Part shown: piece after piece, positions 1 through 28,794 of the stretch
Layout: the number at the start of each line of letters is the position of its first letter
Numbering within the stretch: position 1 is the first letter of the stretch
Assembly: GCF_036365525.1 (NCBI RefSeq)
Contig: NC_090416.1
Location: 14,188,323-14,252,322, forward strand
Length of the DNA: 64,000 nucleotides
Direction: 5' to 3'
From: Heterodontus francisci
Lineage: Eukaryota
Position numbers and translations under genes: made by a program
Notes under the pieces: generated by a model
What the model saw: only the letters and a program-made list of their open reading frames with translations
Told to the model about the DNA's origin: nothing
The model's database searches: none

Positions 1-920
1 ATGAGATGAGGTGGGTTGGGGGGGCGGTGGTGGTGGTGTCAACATAGCCCTTAGCATAATGCCACCGCGACAACAGTTTTGGGATGGGAAAGCAAACGTG
101 GCAATTAAGTGCTTGTCCAATCCCTCCCCCTGCCATTTGGATGTCAGTAGAATATGATGCAAGGGGGATGGGACCTTGGTGCTGTAAATGTGACCTGTTT
201 CTTTAATAATACGCAGTGCCTGTCGATCACTATACCAATGCTGTGTCCCACTCACAGAGAGCTTAGATCCTCGGCATCGATGCCCTGGGTCATCGGCCTC
301 TCCATTAAGTGGGTGAGCTTTTTTTTTATTAAAGTTCCTCTCATGTACAGGATGTAGCTTTGTATCGTGGACTTTCTGTTACAACCCTGCTGATTTGTCA
401 TGCACTGTTAACATTTCTGTAATGATTTGTACGTAATATTAGGCCTTAAATATATAATGTTGAAACTTAATCCTCTTTACCAAGGTGTGTGAGAGATAAA
501 ATCTTGACTGTTTAAAGGTGTTATTGGTGCTTTCGTACACTGTGCTGTGCGCGCGCCTGGGTATGTCTCTGCTGTTTCAGCAGCCCACTTAAAATGTTTG
601 GTGAGCTTTTCTGCACCCCACCCCGCACCGCCCCCCCCCCCCCCAACCCCACACCACTTCCTCTCGCCTGCCAAGTCTTACTGCCTTGTTAATCTGTGCC
701 TTTTGCATGTGCAACAGGTTCAGACACTGCCAGCCAGTTGTCAACAGCAGTGGTTTGCAGTGTGGCTGTCTCTGTTATAAAGCCTGGGAGTGGGTGTGAG
801 GAAGAGACTCTCACTTTCTTTCTCTCTCTCACACCCTCATTGGGGCTGGATGCAGTGGATTGCACACTGAACCTTTAGCTCTTGAGACCCGCACTGCAAA
901 CCAGACTAATGGGATGAAAG

Positions 921-1490
921 TATTTGCTGTACCTGCCCTGGGAGTGTTTGGGGACCGTGAAGAGGGAGCTTTACTCTGTATCTACTCTGTGCTGTACCTA
1001 CGGAGGTGTCAATAACTGGGGGCTTGGATTTAAGGTAAGGGGCAGGAGGTTTAGAGGGAATTTGAGGAAAACCTTTCACCCAGAGAGTGGTTGGAATCTG
1101 GAACACTGCCTGAACGGGTGGTAGAGGCAGGAACCCTCACAACATTTAAGAAGTATTTAGATGAGCACTTGAAATGCCATAGCATACAAGGCTACGGGCC
1201 AAGTACTGGAAAATGGGATTAGAATAGATAGGTGCTTGATGGACGGAAGGGCTTGCTTCTGTGTTTGATTGGGACAGTGGAGAGGGAGCTTTACTCTGTA
1301 TCTAACCCCCCTGCTGTACCTGCCCTAGGAGTGTTTGGGACTGTGTAGAGGGAGCTTTACTCTGTATCTGACCCATGCTGTACCTGCCCTGGGAGTGTTT
1401 GATGGGGACAGTGTAGATGGAGCTTTACTCTGTATTTAACCCCGTGCTGTACCTGTCCTGGGAGTTTGATGGGACAATGTAGAGGGAAGT
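921..1490 (+). repeat. ~65-68 bp tandem satellite (gggacagtgtagagggagctttactctgtatctaaccccgtgctgtacctgccctgggagtgtttgat) interrupted by a CR1 3' fragment at ~1000-1262
   Basis: Four to five recognisable units of the same motif on both sides of a CR1-like tail. Confidence 0.8.
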
Positions 1491-2374
1491 GTGGGAATCT
1501 GTTTCTTTATCACTACTGCTATCCCTCAACTTGAAACTGTTATCTATTCTGTTTCCTGAAGGAAAAATGCAGCTCTGAAGTCAGTGCATTAGTCAGTGAA
1601 TTACCCAGTGTGGTACTGAGCCATGCAGGGCTGAAACCCCTCAGTCTGTGCTGTCAGTTGATCCTGAGGGGGTAGCCCTACAGTACATGTATCCTTGGGC
1701 TAAGAGAGGGGAAAATCTTGGCTAAGGATTTCCACTCCTGATCCCTGTCCATTGCCCTGTGCTTGAAAACGGACCTGCGTATATGGACATCACGTGAGGA
1801 CGGGCTGTGCCGCGATGCCAACTCGCCCACTATGCAGTATGCTCCTTGGAGTCTCGGCACAACAACTTGGGTGCAGCTGTCACCCTCGACCCACATCACA
1901 CTCGAGCTTCTCCCCCTTCAAAAGTTAGACCTGAGGATCGAGGGGCAAACATGCCCCTAGCTCCCTTTAAGAATTTGACAGAGGTGAAGAGAGAAACCTG
2001 AAAATAAATACTTGATGTCGGTCGCAGGGTCATTCAGCATCTGAAAGAAAGCCTGTACAGAACAAAACTGAACACTGGCCATGCATACCCGTCGACGTTA
2101 AACCAGAGAGTGCATACAAACTGGAATTGCCCAGTGCTTCATGGCCAGTTTTCTGCACTCTTGCTTATTGTAGTATAAGATGTGGCCCTGGTGTGGCGAT
2201 TGCGCTCACCTTTGCCATTCTTTTGCTTCTCACACTGCGAGGGTCAACGGGCCGAATAGGAATGGCCATCTCTCGGCCAACATTCCTCCCTCAGCCGACA
2301 GCCATCACAAACAGCTGGTCACTCGAGTCATTTTATCTTTCATTCTATGTTGCTTTCTCATTCTTCTGTCAGTC

Positions 2375-2730
2375 TCAGCTGCGGCTCATTGGGTAGCTCA
2401 GTCTCTTGCCTCTGAGTCAAAAGGTTGTGGGTTTGAGACCCTTCCAGAGAATTGAGCCCACAATCCAGGCTGATGCCCGCTTTGCAAGTACTAAGGGAGT
2501 GCTGCCCTGCCAAAGGTGCGCCGTCTTTCGGATGACGCCCGGTATTTACAACTCAACCAACAACACTTTAAAAAAAAAAATCGCATTGCTGTTTGTGGGA
2601 GCTTGCTGTGTGCAAATTGGACACTACAACATTAGCCACACTTCAAAAAGTCCTTCCTAGGCTGCTAAGTGCTTTGGGATGTCCCAAGGTTGCAAAAGGT
2701 GCTGTGTAGATGCCAGTCTTTTGCCTCTTA
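2375..2730 (+). mobile_element. DeuSINE (SacSINE1/AmnSINE1-related) copy, internally deleted
   Basis: tRNA-like head (gcggctcattgggtagc...gggtttgagaccc) and the Deu-domain/tail sequence shared with many other copies. Confidence 0.75.
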
Positions 2731-4220
2731 TTTATTGTCCTGCTTAGCTGGGTCAGCAGAAATAGATTGCAATTGCCCTAAGCTAGGGAGGGGGAATTTG
2801 GCTTGGCCTGTGTGCAGGTATGTATCAGCTTCCAGATGCTTGCCTTTCCCTTCACCACCTGTTCCATTTTTGGAAGAGCCGCCACAGGCTCGATGGACCA
2901 AGATGCCTTCTGTGCTGCGTTATTCTATGACATGAGACATGCATCTAGTGTTTACATGTGCCTCCCCCCCCCCTTTGTTTCTAAAGATGAATTGTAGCAA
3001 TCCAGTTCTGTGCCAATCCACTCGACCGCATGAAATGAAGGCGCCCTCTCGTAGCTCGACAGCTTCACAATGCGAGGCTTTTTCTCTATCTGGCCACTGT
3101 GTGAATGTAACCAGCTAAATTATTTTTTTGTTTATGGCATGAATGCAGAATGCTTTATTTACAAGTTTGAAGATCTCTGCTGCTTGGGAAATACTAACCG
3201 TGCACCAAGCAAAGTGACCTCTGTCATTTCTGCCTTGTTATTCATTTTTTTTCTTTGTGGGGTGGGGTGGGTGGTTCCACAGTTCGATTGCGCCAAGAGT
3301 CGCTGCGGTCCGACAGACTTGCCCGCTGCACTGTCCCGGTCTACATGTGGTAATCTCACACTCTGAGGGCCATGGGGGTGGCTGGTTTGGAAGGGATTTT
3401 GAAGGGGGGTTGGGGGGGTGGGGGGAGGCGAGGGGGGAGAATTGAGGGGAGGAGTTCAGCTAGTATTGCTTGGGGCTGAGGACCCGAGAAAGGGAGACAT
3501 TTTCTCTCGAACCCCTGGCATATGAGAGACTTCTGTGCCCTTGCCTTGAGAAACACAATATAATGAAACCACCCCAATGATGTCAGTGGAGGACTCATCG
3601 ACAGGAGTGTTGGAAGCTGATGGCCCTTTGGGGAGGCATGGAATTGGGTCTTTGTTCAGTTCAGCTATACTGTCGAACTCCGTATCCCAGTGTGTGTTTT
3701 TATTCTCCGTTTTCCCTAATGTCCCCAATCTGTTTGAAGTGATTAAGGTGGTTAAGGTATGGAGCCATACAGTCGAGGCAGGTCTTGTCCTTTGTTCCCT
3801 CGCCTCCATCGACCACGACTGGGTCAGCGCTCGAGGGGCAATGCAGCTGGGTTTTGGGGGTGGAGATCAGTCAGGGACCCTGCTCTCTATCCAGTGCCCA
3901 CCTGGGTTAGGGAGTGGGCAGAATTAAGCCAGAGGATACTTTTTTACCAAGGATATCCTGTGCTCCTGCTTCGGTGGCTGGGCCCAGCTGTGATGCCCTT
4001 CATGGTTGAGCAGCTTGCTGATGCTGCTTAAGCCTGCGTGCAAGAAATGGGCAGGGGGATGAGGTACTGGCAAGGTTGGCAACTGCTTCGAGGAGCAGCG
4101 CCCCCATCAAACGAGGAGAGAAAATTATGCCAAGTGTCTTGAAGTCTGATTGTAACTGCCTTTTATTTAATGGGCCTGTGGATGGGTGAGGCTACTTGTT
4201 AGTATTTACAGTGAGACTGG

Positions 4221-4226
4221 AATAAA
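4221..4226 (+). terminator. Candidate polyadenylation signal (AATAAA) of upstream gene
   Basis: AATAAA in unique sequence with U/GU-rich downstream context. Confidence 0.4.
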
Positions 4227-4469
4227 GCAGGTTTAGTCTGTACTCATTTGTTTCAGAAAATGTTTTTTCTATTTGTGAAAACTGAAATATCTTGCTTTCC
4301 ACCAACTTTGTATCTATATATACATAGAAGTTTACCTAATGTGTGTCTCTGCCTGACTTTATTGAATATATAACTGGGATTGAAACAGCTGATTGTGTGA
4401 AGTTTCTAACAAACATCTGTAAAATATGCATAATAAGTTTTAGTAAATAATTTTTTAAACTAACTAATT

Positions 4470-4800
4470 CATAGTATTATGTAGAATGTGCAGCACAGAA
4501 ACAAACCATTCAGCCCACCTGCTCCGTGCCAGTGTTTATGCTCCACAGGAACAACCTCCTGCCCCCTCGTCATCTCCCCCTATCCCCATATCCTTCTATT
4601 CCTTTCTTCCTCATGTGTTTATGCAGCTTCCCCTTAAATGTATCTCTGCTATTCCCCCTCAACCACTCCCTGTGGTAGCGAGTTCCACATTCTCACCACT
4701 CTCTGGGGAAAGAAGCTTCTCCCCAATTCCCAAATAGATTTATTAGTGACAGTTTTACTTTTACGGCCCCTGGTTTTTGTCTCCCTCACAAGTGGAAACT
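4470..4800 (-). mobile_element. CR1 LINE 3' end
   Basis: Reverse complement of the CR1 tail also seen at 17200-17500 and 28795-29190. Confidence 0.75.
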
Positions 4801-5454
4801 GCTCTAGCCCAGTGAATCCCTTATTAATATAAAAGATCTCTATCTAGAGATGAGTCCCAGCCTATTCCCTCCCTTTCATGCATGAGACTCTGGGCTGGGT
4901 TTGAGTTTTTTTTTTCTCTACAAGTGTCTATCTGCCTCTTGTACCTCACCCCAGTTATCCATGCTTTAACCTTATGCTGGGTGTGTAGGAAAGCTATTCG
5001 ACTCTTAGGGGCATCGGCGATAAACCTGGTCCTGTCCTCACCAAGAATGCTTCCAGAAGGGGCCACTGAATAGTGACCAGGAACAAGGTACCTAGTTGTG
5101 TGGCATATGATTTTTGTTTAGTGGGAGCGGGTGTCAGAGAACTGGAGATATTACTGGACACCTCCTAACTAGCTCTTCTATACTGGACATGAGGTTCAGA
5201 TAAGGACTGGATCAGACATCGTTGTAATGCTGTGCAGAGTGGGATAACTCAAAATCAAAGGCACAAAAGTGGATATGGCCAATGCGTGGTTTTCATGGGA
5301 TCTAATCTCAGCCTGAGTCTCAAGATGGATATGGCTGAGGAAGGTCATTGAGCACCAACCAGAAAAACCCTAAACCCCACTTCACTGTCAGAGAGCCAAC
5401 TATCGCTCAAATGGTTCGAGTTTTTTGCCCACATCACTCCACCCACAGGTCAAC

Positions 5455-5900
5455 AGCAACTTGCATTGTTATTGTATCTTTAACATTGGAAAGGTTACCA
5501 AGGCACTGAACCACGTAAGGCAATATTAGGACAGGTGACCAAAAGCTTAGCCCGAAAGATGGGGAAGGGTGAGGTCATGAAGGAGTTAGTATAGGAGGAT
5601 GAGAATTTTTAAATTGAGGTGTTGCTGGACCGGGAGCCAATGTGGGTGAGCACAGGGACTGAATGGGACTTGTTGGATGCGAGCCACCAGAATTTTGGAT
5701 GAGCTTAAGTTTATGGAGGGTGGAAGATAGGAGGCCAGTGAGGAAAGCGTTGAAAGAGGCCAGTTTGGAGGTAATAAAAAGCATGGATGATGGTCGCGGA
5801 GCAGATGGGCTGAGGCAGGGGTGGAGACAGGCGATTCTACAGAAGTGGAAGTAGGCAATCTGAGTGATGGAGAAAAAATGGGCCGGAAAATCGAGTCGGA
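5455..5900 (-). mobile_element. L2-like LINE 3' fragment
   Basis: Reverse complement of the L2-type tail repeated through the window; degraded ORF2 peptide (LSSTLHKLKLIQNS). Confidence 0.7.
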
Positions 5901-5929
5901 CACCTTTTCAACAATATAGATATTGATCT

Positions 5930-8240
5930 TTTAATTCAGTTTCTCAAACTTTAAAAAAATTTCAACCTAGCTGAAAGCTCAAACTTCAATCAAGAACAGA
6001 AGAAAAGTATCCACAGTGCTTAGGATGCCCTGAAGTCCAATACCATCAATGCCTACAAAGATACACTTGGATTTTCTGACAGGAAACATCAGATTTGTTT
6101 GATGAAAATGATCAGGCCATCAACAAACTGATTGATTGCAAGTGCAAGATTTTCTGTGCCTGGCAGAATGACCCAAGCTCAAAGCAAAAGAAACTGCCCT
6201 CCCAACAGCAATCGCAGAGGTACAAAAGAACACCCACAAAATGAAGATCAGGTGGTGGGCAGACAAGGCAAAGGAAATCCAACATCTCACTGACATGAAT
6301 GATACCCGTGGCTTCTTCACTGCTGCAAAGACCATTTATGGCCCAAGTACTCAAGGACCAGCTCCTTAGCGGCCTAAGGATGGGGGAGATCTGATCAAGG
6401 GAAGCTGTCAACGCCCGTTGGAGGGACCATTTTGAAGCTCTTTTCTATCAAGAATCCATTCTTGAGAGGGTGTTTTCAACTCCATCCCACAACATCCAGT
6501 TAGAGACCAGCTCGGAACTCCACAAATGCCTGCAGGTGATGAAAGCCACCACACAAATGAAGAAAAGCAAATTGGCAGGAGGTGATGGAATCCCCGCTGA
6601 AATCTTTAAGCACGGAGGACAGGAACTAACGTTACAGCTCCACACCGTCATCCTACAGATCTGGAATGAAAAGTAAGTCCCGAATGATCTCAAGGATGCT
6701 ATTATTGTGACAATCTTCAAGAAAGGGGACAAATCCAACTGTGGAAATTACAGAAGCATTTCCATTGTGGGAAAGATCATTACAAGAACACTTCTGAACT
6801 GCCTCATTCCACTTGCTGAAGAGCTACTCCCCGAATCTCAATGTGGGTTTAGGCCATCAAGAGGCACTGCTGACATGATTTTCACAGCTACAAGAAAAAT
6901 GTCGCGAACATCAATCTCTCCACATGGCACTTTTTTGACTTGACAAAGGCCTTCGACTCTAAATCATGAGGCACTTTGGATGATTCTGTTGAAATATGGC
7001 TGTCCTCCAAAATTCGGCACCATCCTTCACCTGCTTCATGATATGTGAGTGGTGATCCTTAGCAATAGATCCATTACAGATCCCTTTGAGGTTAAGACAG
7101 GAGTTAAACAAGGTTGTGTCATTGCCCAACTTTTTTTTTGATATTTCTAGCAGTCATGCTCTGTCTGACTAGAGATGAGCTCCCTGCTGGAGTGCAGCTT
7201 ATTTATCGAATGGAAGGTAAACTGTTTAATCTCAGGTGACTTTAATCAAAAACTGAGACCACCTTGGCATCAGTCATTGAGCTCCAATACCCTTATGATG
7301 CTGCAGTAAGTACTGTGGCTTCAGAGAATCGTCAAAGTGTTTACTAAAGCATATGAGAAGATGGGACTTGCACGCAACATTCAGAAGACCAATGTCCTCC
7401 ATCAGCAAGCTCCAAATGCACACACCCCAACCCCATTGATTAGGATTCAAGATGAGTGCCCGGAAAATGTGGAACACTTCCTGTATCTTGGAAGTTATCT
7501 TTCAAAGAAGGCTGACATTGAAGAAGAAATCCAGCATCGCCTGAAATCTGCTGGTGCAACCTGAAGAAGCGAGTGTTTCAAGATTGTGACATCAAAACTG
7601 AAACCAACTACCATGTAGTTGTGATCCCTACCTTGCAGTAAGGTACTGAAACATGGACAATGTATAGGAGAAACCTCAAAGCACTGGAGTCATTTCATCA
7701 ATGCTGCCTTGCAGACGATTCTACATATCAAGTGGGAGGGCAGGCACACCAGCATCAGTGTCCTCTCAAGCATGTACTACAAGCATTGAGGCTATGTTTC
7801 ATTGTTATCAGCTTCGTTGGGTTGGTCATATACTTTAGATGTCAGATATCAGGCTCCCAAAGCAGGTCGTCTTCTCCCAGCTCAGTCAGGGCAGATGCAC
7901 CCGAGGAGGACAAAAGTGCTGCAAGGATGTGCTGAAAGCCAACATGAAGAATTGCGACATTGACATCAACTCCGAGGAGACCTGGACTGAATCAAATGGA
8001 GGCAGAGTCTGTGGGAGGAATCCCAGCATTTTGAGACCCAACGACGACAAAATGAGGAGGAAAAGCGAGTGTGGAGGAAAGAACAAGCCATGACCCAAAT
8101 TAATCATACAGGACCAGACATCCCACATGACAACAAATGCCCCACGTGCCATAACATCTGTAGATCCTGAATGGGCCTCGTCCCCCATCTTCGGACTCAT
8201 GGAAGACAATCATCCTTGCCTGCGTGGGCTAGCCAATAAT
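5930..8240 (+). mobile_element. RTE-clade LINE, 5'-truncated and degraded
   Basis: Frameshifted RT peptides GGDGIPAEIFKHGG, TIFKKGDKSNCGNYRSIS, ELLPESQCGFRPSRGTADMIFTA, FLYLGSYLS, RLPKQVVFSQL; ends in a short (TAA)n-like tail near 8235. Confidence 0.85.
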
Positions 8241-8460
8241 ATAGTAGTTCACTGTATTATGTAGAAAGCCATGTTTTTGTTTTTTTGTTAAGAGTTAGGT
8301 GGTTGTGTTAGTTCTTGAGTTCAGAAGATAGGCTGACCTTCCAGTGCAGCTGAAGGAGTGCTGCACTATTGGAATGCAATTCTGAGGTCTTAACGAGGGT
8401 CCTTCTTACCCCACTGGCCTTTGAGAAGCCCTTGCGTGGAGTTTTCCCAGTGTCCTAACA

Positions 8461-8620
8461 TAAGTTTGCCAACCCTCCTGGATTGTCATGCAGTCTCCAG
8501 GAATTTAAGATCAATGTCCAGGGCAAGGCTGCTGGCGATGCAGGAGAAAAAGTATTACGGTATTAATTTTCTTTTCATTTTCTTTGCTTATTAGTAAACA
8601 TATTGGAGATGATATGTGTG
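8461..8620 (+). mobile_element. hAT-like DNA transposon end fragment (TAGGGTTGCCAAC-type terminus)
   Basis: ttgccaaccctcctggattg matches a second copy tagggctgccaaccctccaggattg at ~56714; no opposite end found. Confidence 0.45.
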
Positions 8621-8799
8621 GGGAGGGGACCATTTAGGTGGGGCCAAAAACAACTGCAGCTTAAAGATATTGACAATTGCATTTATATTCTTAATAAATA
8701 ATACTGAAATAAGATGCAATAGTCTGCAGCCACGCACCTTTGTGACTTACTGGCCTCTTTCTGTGCTGTGATGTCAGCGCAATGGTTTAACATAGATTA

Positions 8800-9190
8800 G
8801 AAACTACACCACCCAGCAGTCCTAGCGCTGCGCAGGCGCACCGTGCTGTTGCTAAGGTCGATGGGTATGGCAGTTACTTCTGAGGATGGACGTTTTCTCA
8901 GATGCTTCACTAAAACACAATTCCCAGTTCACTTCTGTGATTTTTTTCCACACGCAAAGAAAGAAAGATAAAGTTTTGTGGCAGATACACACCGTTACAT
9001 ATAATCGCTTTATGAAAAAGTGACTACAGCTCCCGGCATGCCCGATCGGCGAGGTGGGCGGGGCCTGCTGTAACGTCACCGTGCGCCCTCACCTCGCAGT
9101 AAACCGGGCGCTGATTGGACGGTTGCAGAGTAGCCAATGGGAGGCGGGTTTACAGGTGGCTGGGGGTAGTTGTGAAGGAAGGCCGTCAAG
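8800..9190 (+). promoter_or_regulatory. PSMD4 CpG-rich TATA-less promoter
   Basis: NRF1-type TGCGCAGGCGCA 8829-8840; ZNF143/THAP11-type ACTACAGCTCCCGGCATGC 9023-9041 and ACTACACCACCCAGCA ~8803; GC box ~9056; ATTGG 9114 and CCAAT 9134; YY1-like CAAGATGG over the ATG. Confidence 0.8.
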
Positions 9191-24630
<15,440 letters not shown>

Positions 24631-24842
24631 GCAGCTGCTCTGACTGGTGTGGAGAAATTTGTTTACGTGATGATCTGCATGTTGCTGCTCCAGATAAGCT
24701 GGCAATACAGATTGGATAACATCGCATTCTTTGGCAGTAATAGCTCGCTGCAAACGATAAAGTTCAGTGTGGATATCTTTATATTTCTTGCCCCTCTTAT
24801 AATAACGCAGTGTGAAAGTTTCAGCTTCCAAAATGGAATGTT

Positions 24843-24848
24843 AATAAA
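24843..24848 (+). terminator. PSMD4 polyadenylation signal
   Basis: AATAAA ~210 nt after the stop, followed by GU-rich sequence at ~24885. Confidence 0.8.
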
Positions 24849-25179
24849 ATACACAAGAATTCAGTAGAATTTCTAATTTATTTGAGTCTGTGTGTGGGGT
24901 GGGGAGGCGTTGGCCTGTGTGTCTATGTGGGGGCACAGGGGTGGGGTGGTGGGTGTGTGACTTTGCAGCGTGATCTGGGGTGTAATAACACGGGCATATT
25001 GGATCCAAACACTCCCTGAAGCTGCTGATCTCAGTTGAGCCACCGGGTGGAGGTATGGAGCTGAGGGCAGGGTTTCCCTCCACACACAATAGGTGCGGTG
25101 GGGTGGGGGGGACATTGCTGTCCTGGAGTCAGGTGCTGGTACCTCCATTGAGACAGGTTTTGGGAGATAGGAGAGCTTC

Positions 25180-25595
25180 CCCTGTGGTGTCAGTGAGTAA
25201 CACTCTTGCTTTCAAGTCCCACTCCAAGCAGACTCTATCAGTACAGAATTGAGGGAGTGCTGAACTGTCATCTTTCAGATGTGATGAACTGAGGCCCTAT
25301 CTGCCCCTCTCGAGTTGATGTAAAAGATCCCATGGCCACTATTTCAAAGAAGAGCAGTGGGGAGTTCTCCCCGGTGTTCTGGGGACAATATTTATCCCTC
25401 AACCAATGTAACTTTTTAAAAAAAACAGATCTCATTCTCATTACTGTTTGTGGGAGCTTGCTGTGTTCAAATTGGTTGCCACGTTTCCTACATTACAACA
25501 ATGCCTACACTTCAGAAGTACTTCATTGGCTGTGAAGCGCTTTGGGACGTCTTGAGGTTGTGAAAGGCGCTATAGAAATGGAACTCTTTCTCTGG
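25180..25595 (+). mobile_element. DeuSINE copy
   Basis: Head remnant, Deu-domain, tail. Confidence 0.8.
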
Positions 25596-26034
25596 GTTCT
25601 AGGCAGGGGGTGAAATTGGTATCCCTGCTTCAGATCTCTCACCAGTGACTGGCTTGTTTGCGGGTATCAGGTGTGTGCAAGAAGTTTGGCGGGGTGGGGG
25701 GGTGATTCTATGGTGGGGTAGAGGGTGGGTGTTGGAAAGCTGTGACGCCTCCACAGTCAAATAGCCTGCCAATGCTGTCTAGGTTTGCACTTGAGCAATG
25801 GCCACCAGAGGTATCTGTGGAACACGCCTCAGGAGAGGAGGTCAGGGGGGAGATGAGCTGTAATGTGTCGATGGCACTGAGTCACGAATATGGCCCTTCA
25901 CTGGCTCACGAGACAGGTTTGTTCTGACGCAGGCCACAGGCAGCACTGCAGAAACAGCTGGTGAATAACAGATGGAGCACATACTTAGAAACTTCACATT
26001 GGGTATAAAAGAAAGACTTTGCATTTATGTACTG

Positions 26035-27440
26035 CATTCGAAGGTTCATTGGATTGATTTCTGGGATGAAAGGAATGTCCTATGAAGAGTGCTTGAGTAG
26101 AATGGGCCGATATTGTCTGCAGTTTAAAAGAATGAGAGGTGATCTCATTGAAACATAAAATACAGGGCTTGACGGTCGATGCTGAATGGCTGTTTCCTAC
26201 TGGCTGGTGGATCTAGAACTGGGGGACACCGTCTCAGGTTAAGGGGTTGGCCATTTATAGAATAGAATGGTTACAACATAGGAGGCCATTCAGCCCATCG
26301 TGTCTGTGTCAGCTCTCTGCAACAGCAACACAGCTAGTCCCACTCCTTGGCCTTTTCCCTGTAGCCCTGCAAATCTTTTCTCTTCAGATCCAATTCCCTT
26401 TTGAAGGCCTCGATTGAACCTGCCTCCACGACACACTCAGGCAGTGCATTCCAGATCCGAACCACTCGCTGTGTGAAAAAGTTTTTCCTTGTCACCATTG
26501 CTTGTTTTGCCAATTACCCTCAATGTGTGCCCTCTGGTTCTTGATCCTTTCACCAATGGGTAGTTTCTCCCTACCTACTCTGTCCAGACCCTTCATGATT
26601 TTGAACGCGTCTATCAAATCTCCCCTCAATCTTATTTATTTATTAAAGATACAGCACTGAAACAGGCCCTTCGGCCCACCGAGTCTGTGCCGACCATCAA
26701 CCACCCATTTATACTAATCCTCATCCCATATTCCTACCATATCCCCACCTGTCTCTATATTCCCCTACCGCCTACCTATACTAGGGGCAATTTATAATGG
26801 CCAATTTACCTATCAACCTGCAAGTCTTTGGTGGTGGGAGAACAGCCCCAGCTTCTCCAATTTATCCACGTAACTGAAGTTCCTCGTCTTTCTCCAACGC
26901 CTTCACATCCTTCCTAAAGTGCGGTGCCCAGAATTGGACACAATAGTCCCCTTGAGGCCAAACCAGTGTTTCAAACAGGTTTATGATAACCTCCTTGCTT
27001 TTGTACTCTTTGCCTCTATTTATAAAGCCCAGGATCCTGTCTGCTTTGTTAACCGCTTTCTCAACCTGCCCTGTCACCTTCAATGATTTGTTCACATATA
27101 CCCCCAGGTCGCTCTGCTCCTGCGCTCCCTTTAGAATTGTACGCTTTGAGCTTGCATTGTCTCTCCTTGTTCTTCCTACCAAAACGTATCGATTCACACT
27201 TCTATAGGACTGAAATGAGAAGAAATTTCTTCATTCAGGTGGGTTGTGAATCTTTGGAATTCTCTACCCCAGAGAGCTATGAATGCTCAGTTGTTGAGTA
27301 TATTCAAGGCTGAGTTTGATAGATTTTTGGGTACCAAGTGAATTGAGAGATATGGAGATCAGGCGAGAGACAGTGGAGTTGAGGTAGAAGATAGAGGAGC
27401 AGGCTCAAGGAGCCAAATGGCATCCTCCTATTTCTTATGT
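26035..27440. mobile_element. Nested cluster: + strand CR1 3' end interrupted by a - strand CR1 (~26260-27205), itself interrupted by an HE1-like V-SINE fragment (~26632-26840)
   Basis: The outer CR1 resumes after the insert (ccattt...ggactgaaatgagaagaaatttcttc); inner peptide [19 protein letters not shown]; SINE matches 55238-55530. Confidence 0.8.
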
Positions 27441-28794
27441 TCTGTACGACCTCAGTGAAGTACTTGTTTTGAAGTATGATGTAGGGAAATGTGGCAGCCA
27501 GTTTGTGCACAGCAAGCTCCCACAAGTGGCATTGAGATTAATGACCAGATAGTGTGTTTTTAACAATGTTGGGTACCACAGTGGGAGAAGAGAAATGAAA
27601 ATGTGAGGAATGGGCCAATGGAAAGCTGCTGTACACAAAGCAAGGAAAGCAGAAGGATAAAGGTGAAGGAGGTTTAGACCTGGTAGATGCCACGACCTGT
27701 TTCTTGCCCGTGACTGGCTGGGCAGAGATCTGCACCTCAAGCAGTGTGTTGCCGATCACGGTAGATCTGACTGATGATGTGCTTCTGCCGTACTGCCTCG
27801 GGAACCTCAAGATCCCTATTATTGAGGTATAGATTGCACACTAAATTAAGCTGTTGCAGAAGAGATTTACTGGAATGGGACCAGGGATGAAGGATTTCAG
27901 TTACATGAAGAGACTGGAGAAGCTCAGATGGTTAAGGGGAAGATTTAATAGAGTTGTTCAAAACGATTAAGGAGAAACTGTTTCCACTGGTCATAGGGTT
28001 GGTAACTGGGGCCACAGGGAAGATGTGGAGAATTTTTTTTAATGCAGTGAGTTGTCGTGATCTGGAATGTGCTGTCTGAAAAGGTGGTGGAAGCAGATTC
28101 AATAGCAAATTTCAAAAAGGAGTTGGATAAATACTTGAAAAGAAAACATTTGCCTGACCCTCTGCTGTGTCTTTGAAAGAGCTATCAAATTAGTCCCACT
28201 ACCCTGGTCTTCTCCAATAACCCTGCAAACTTTTCCCCTTCAAGTATATTTAACAGTTGTTTGTGGGAGCTTTCTGTGAGCAAGTTGGCTGCCATGTCTT
28301 CTACATTACAACACTTCAAAAAGTACTTCATTGTCTGTAAAGCACTTTGGGATGTCCCGAGGTCACGAAAGGCCTGAGAGAAATGCAAGTCTTTCTTTCT
28401 TAGACGGGTCCCTTACTTCAGCAAGAAGTACACATCCCTCAGGATAGCGGGAGAAGGGGAAATACCCACAACCACCCAAACAGGAAAAGTAAATCTTCAG
28501 GGCTTACGGGAAAGTCAAAATAATTTTTGAGCCAGAATTATACCTCGATTAAATTCCTTCAGCGACCTTTGTGGTTATTGGCACAGCAGTAAAGGGTGGT
28601 CTCCAACAAATAAAGAGCCCTCTTGTGTGGAAGGGGAGTGCATTGTTAAGATCTTAGTACCACAGCTCAGTTGGTGTAATGTAAACCTGCAGAGTCACAC
28701 TCCAGTAAGGAGACCACATAACTGGTTGGGTAAAAGTAACACAGGGCTCTGTTATGCTACCTCCAAAATTATTGCCAGCCTGCTGGTAAGGAGG

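Larger units (their letters stand above)
1..4450 (+). other. Probable terminal 3' UTR region of an upstream + strand gene (candidate PIP5K1A by synteny only)
   Basis: No credible coding exon. U/AU-rich unique blocks (300-560, 2900-3260, 4140-4460) end in AATAAA at 4221 followed by U-rich sequence. PIP5K1A lies directly upstream of PSMD4 on the same strand in human; identity is not visible here. Confidence 0.4.

Noticed and set aside
3575-3625. ATGATG...CTGA as a C/D snoRNA
   Set aside because: Too short, degenerate box C, no convincing guide, not evidently intronic.
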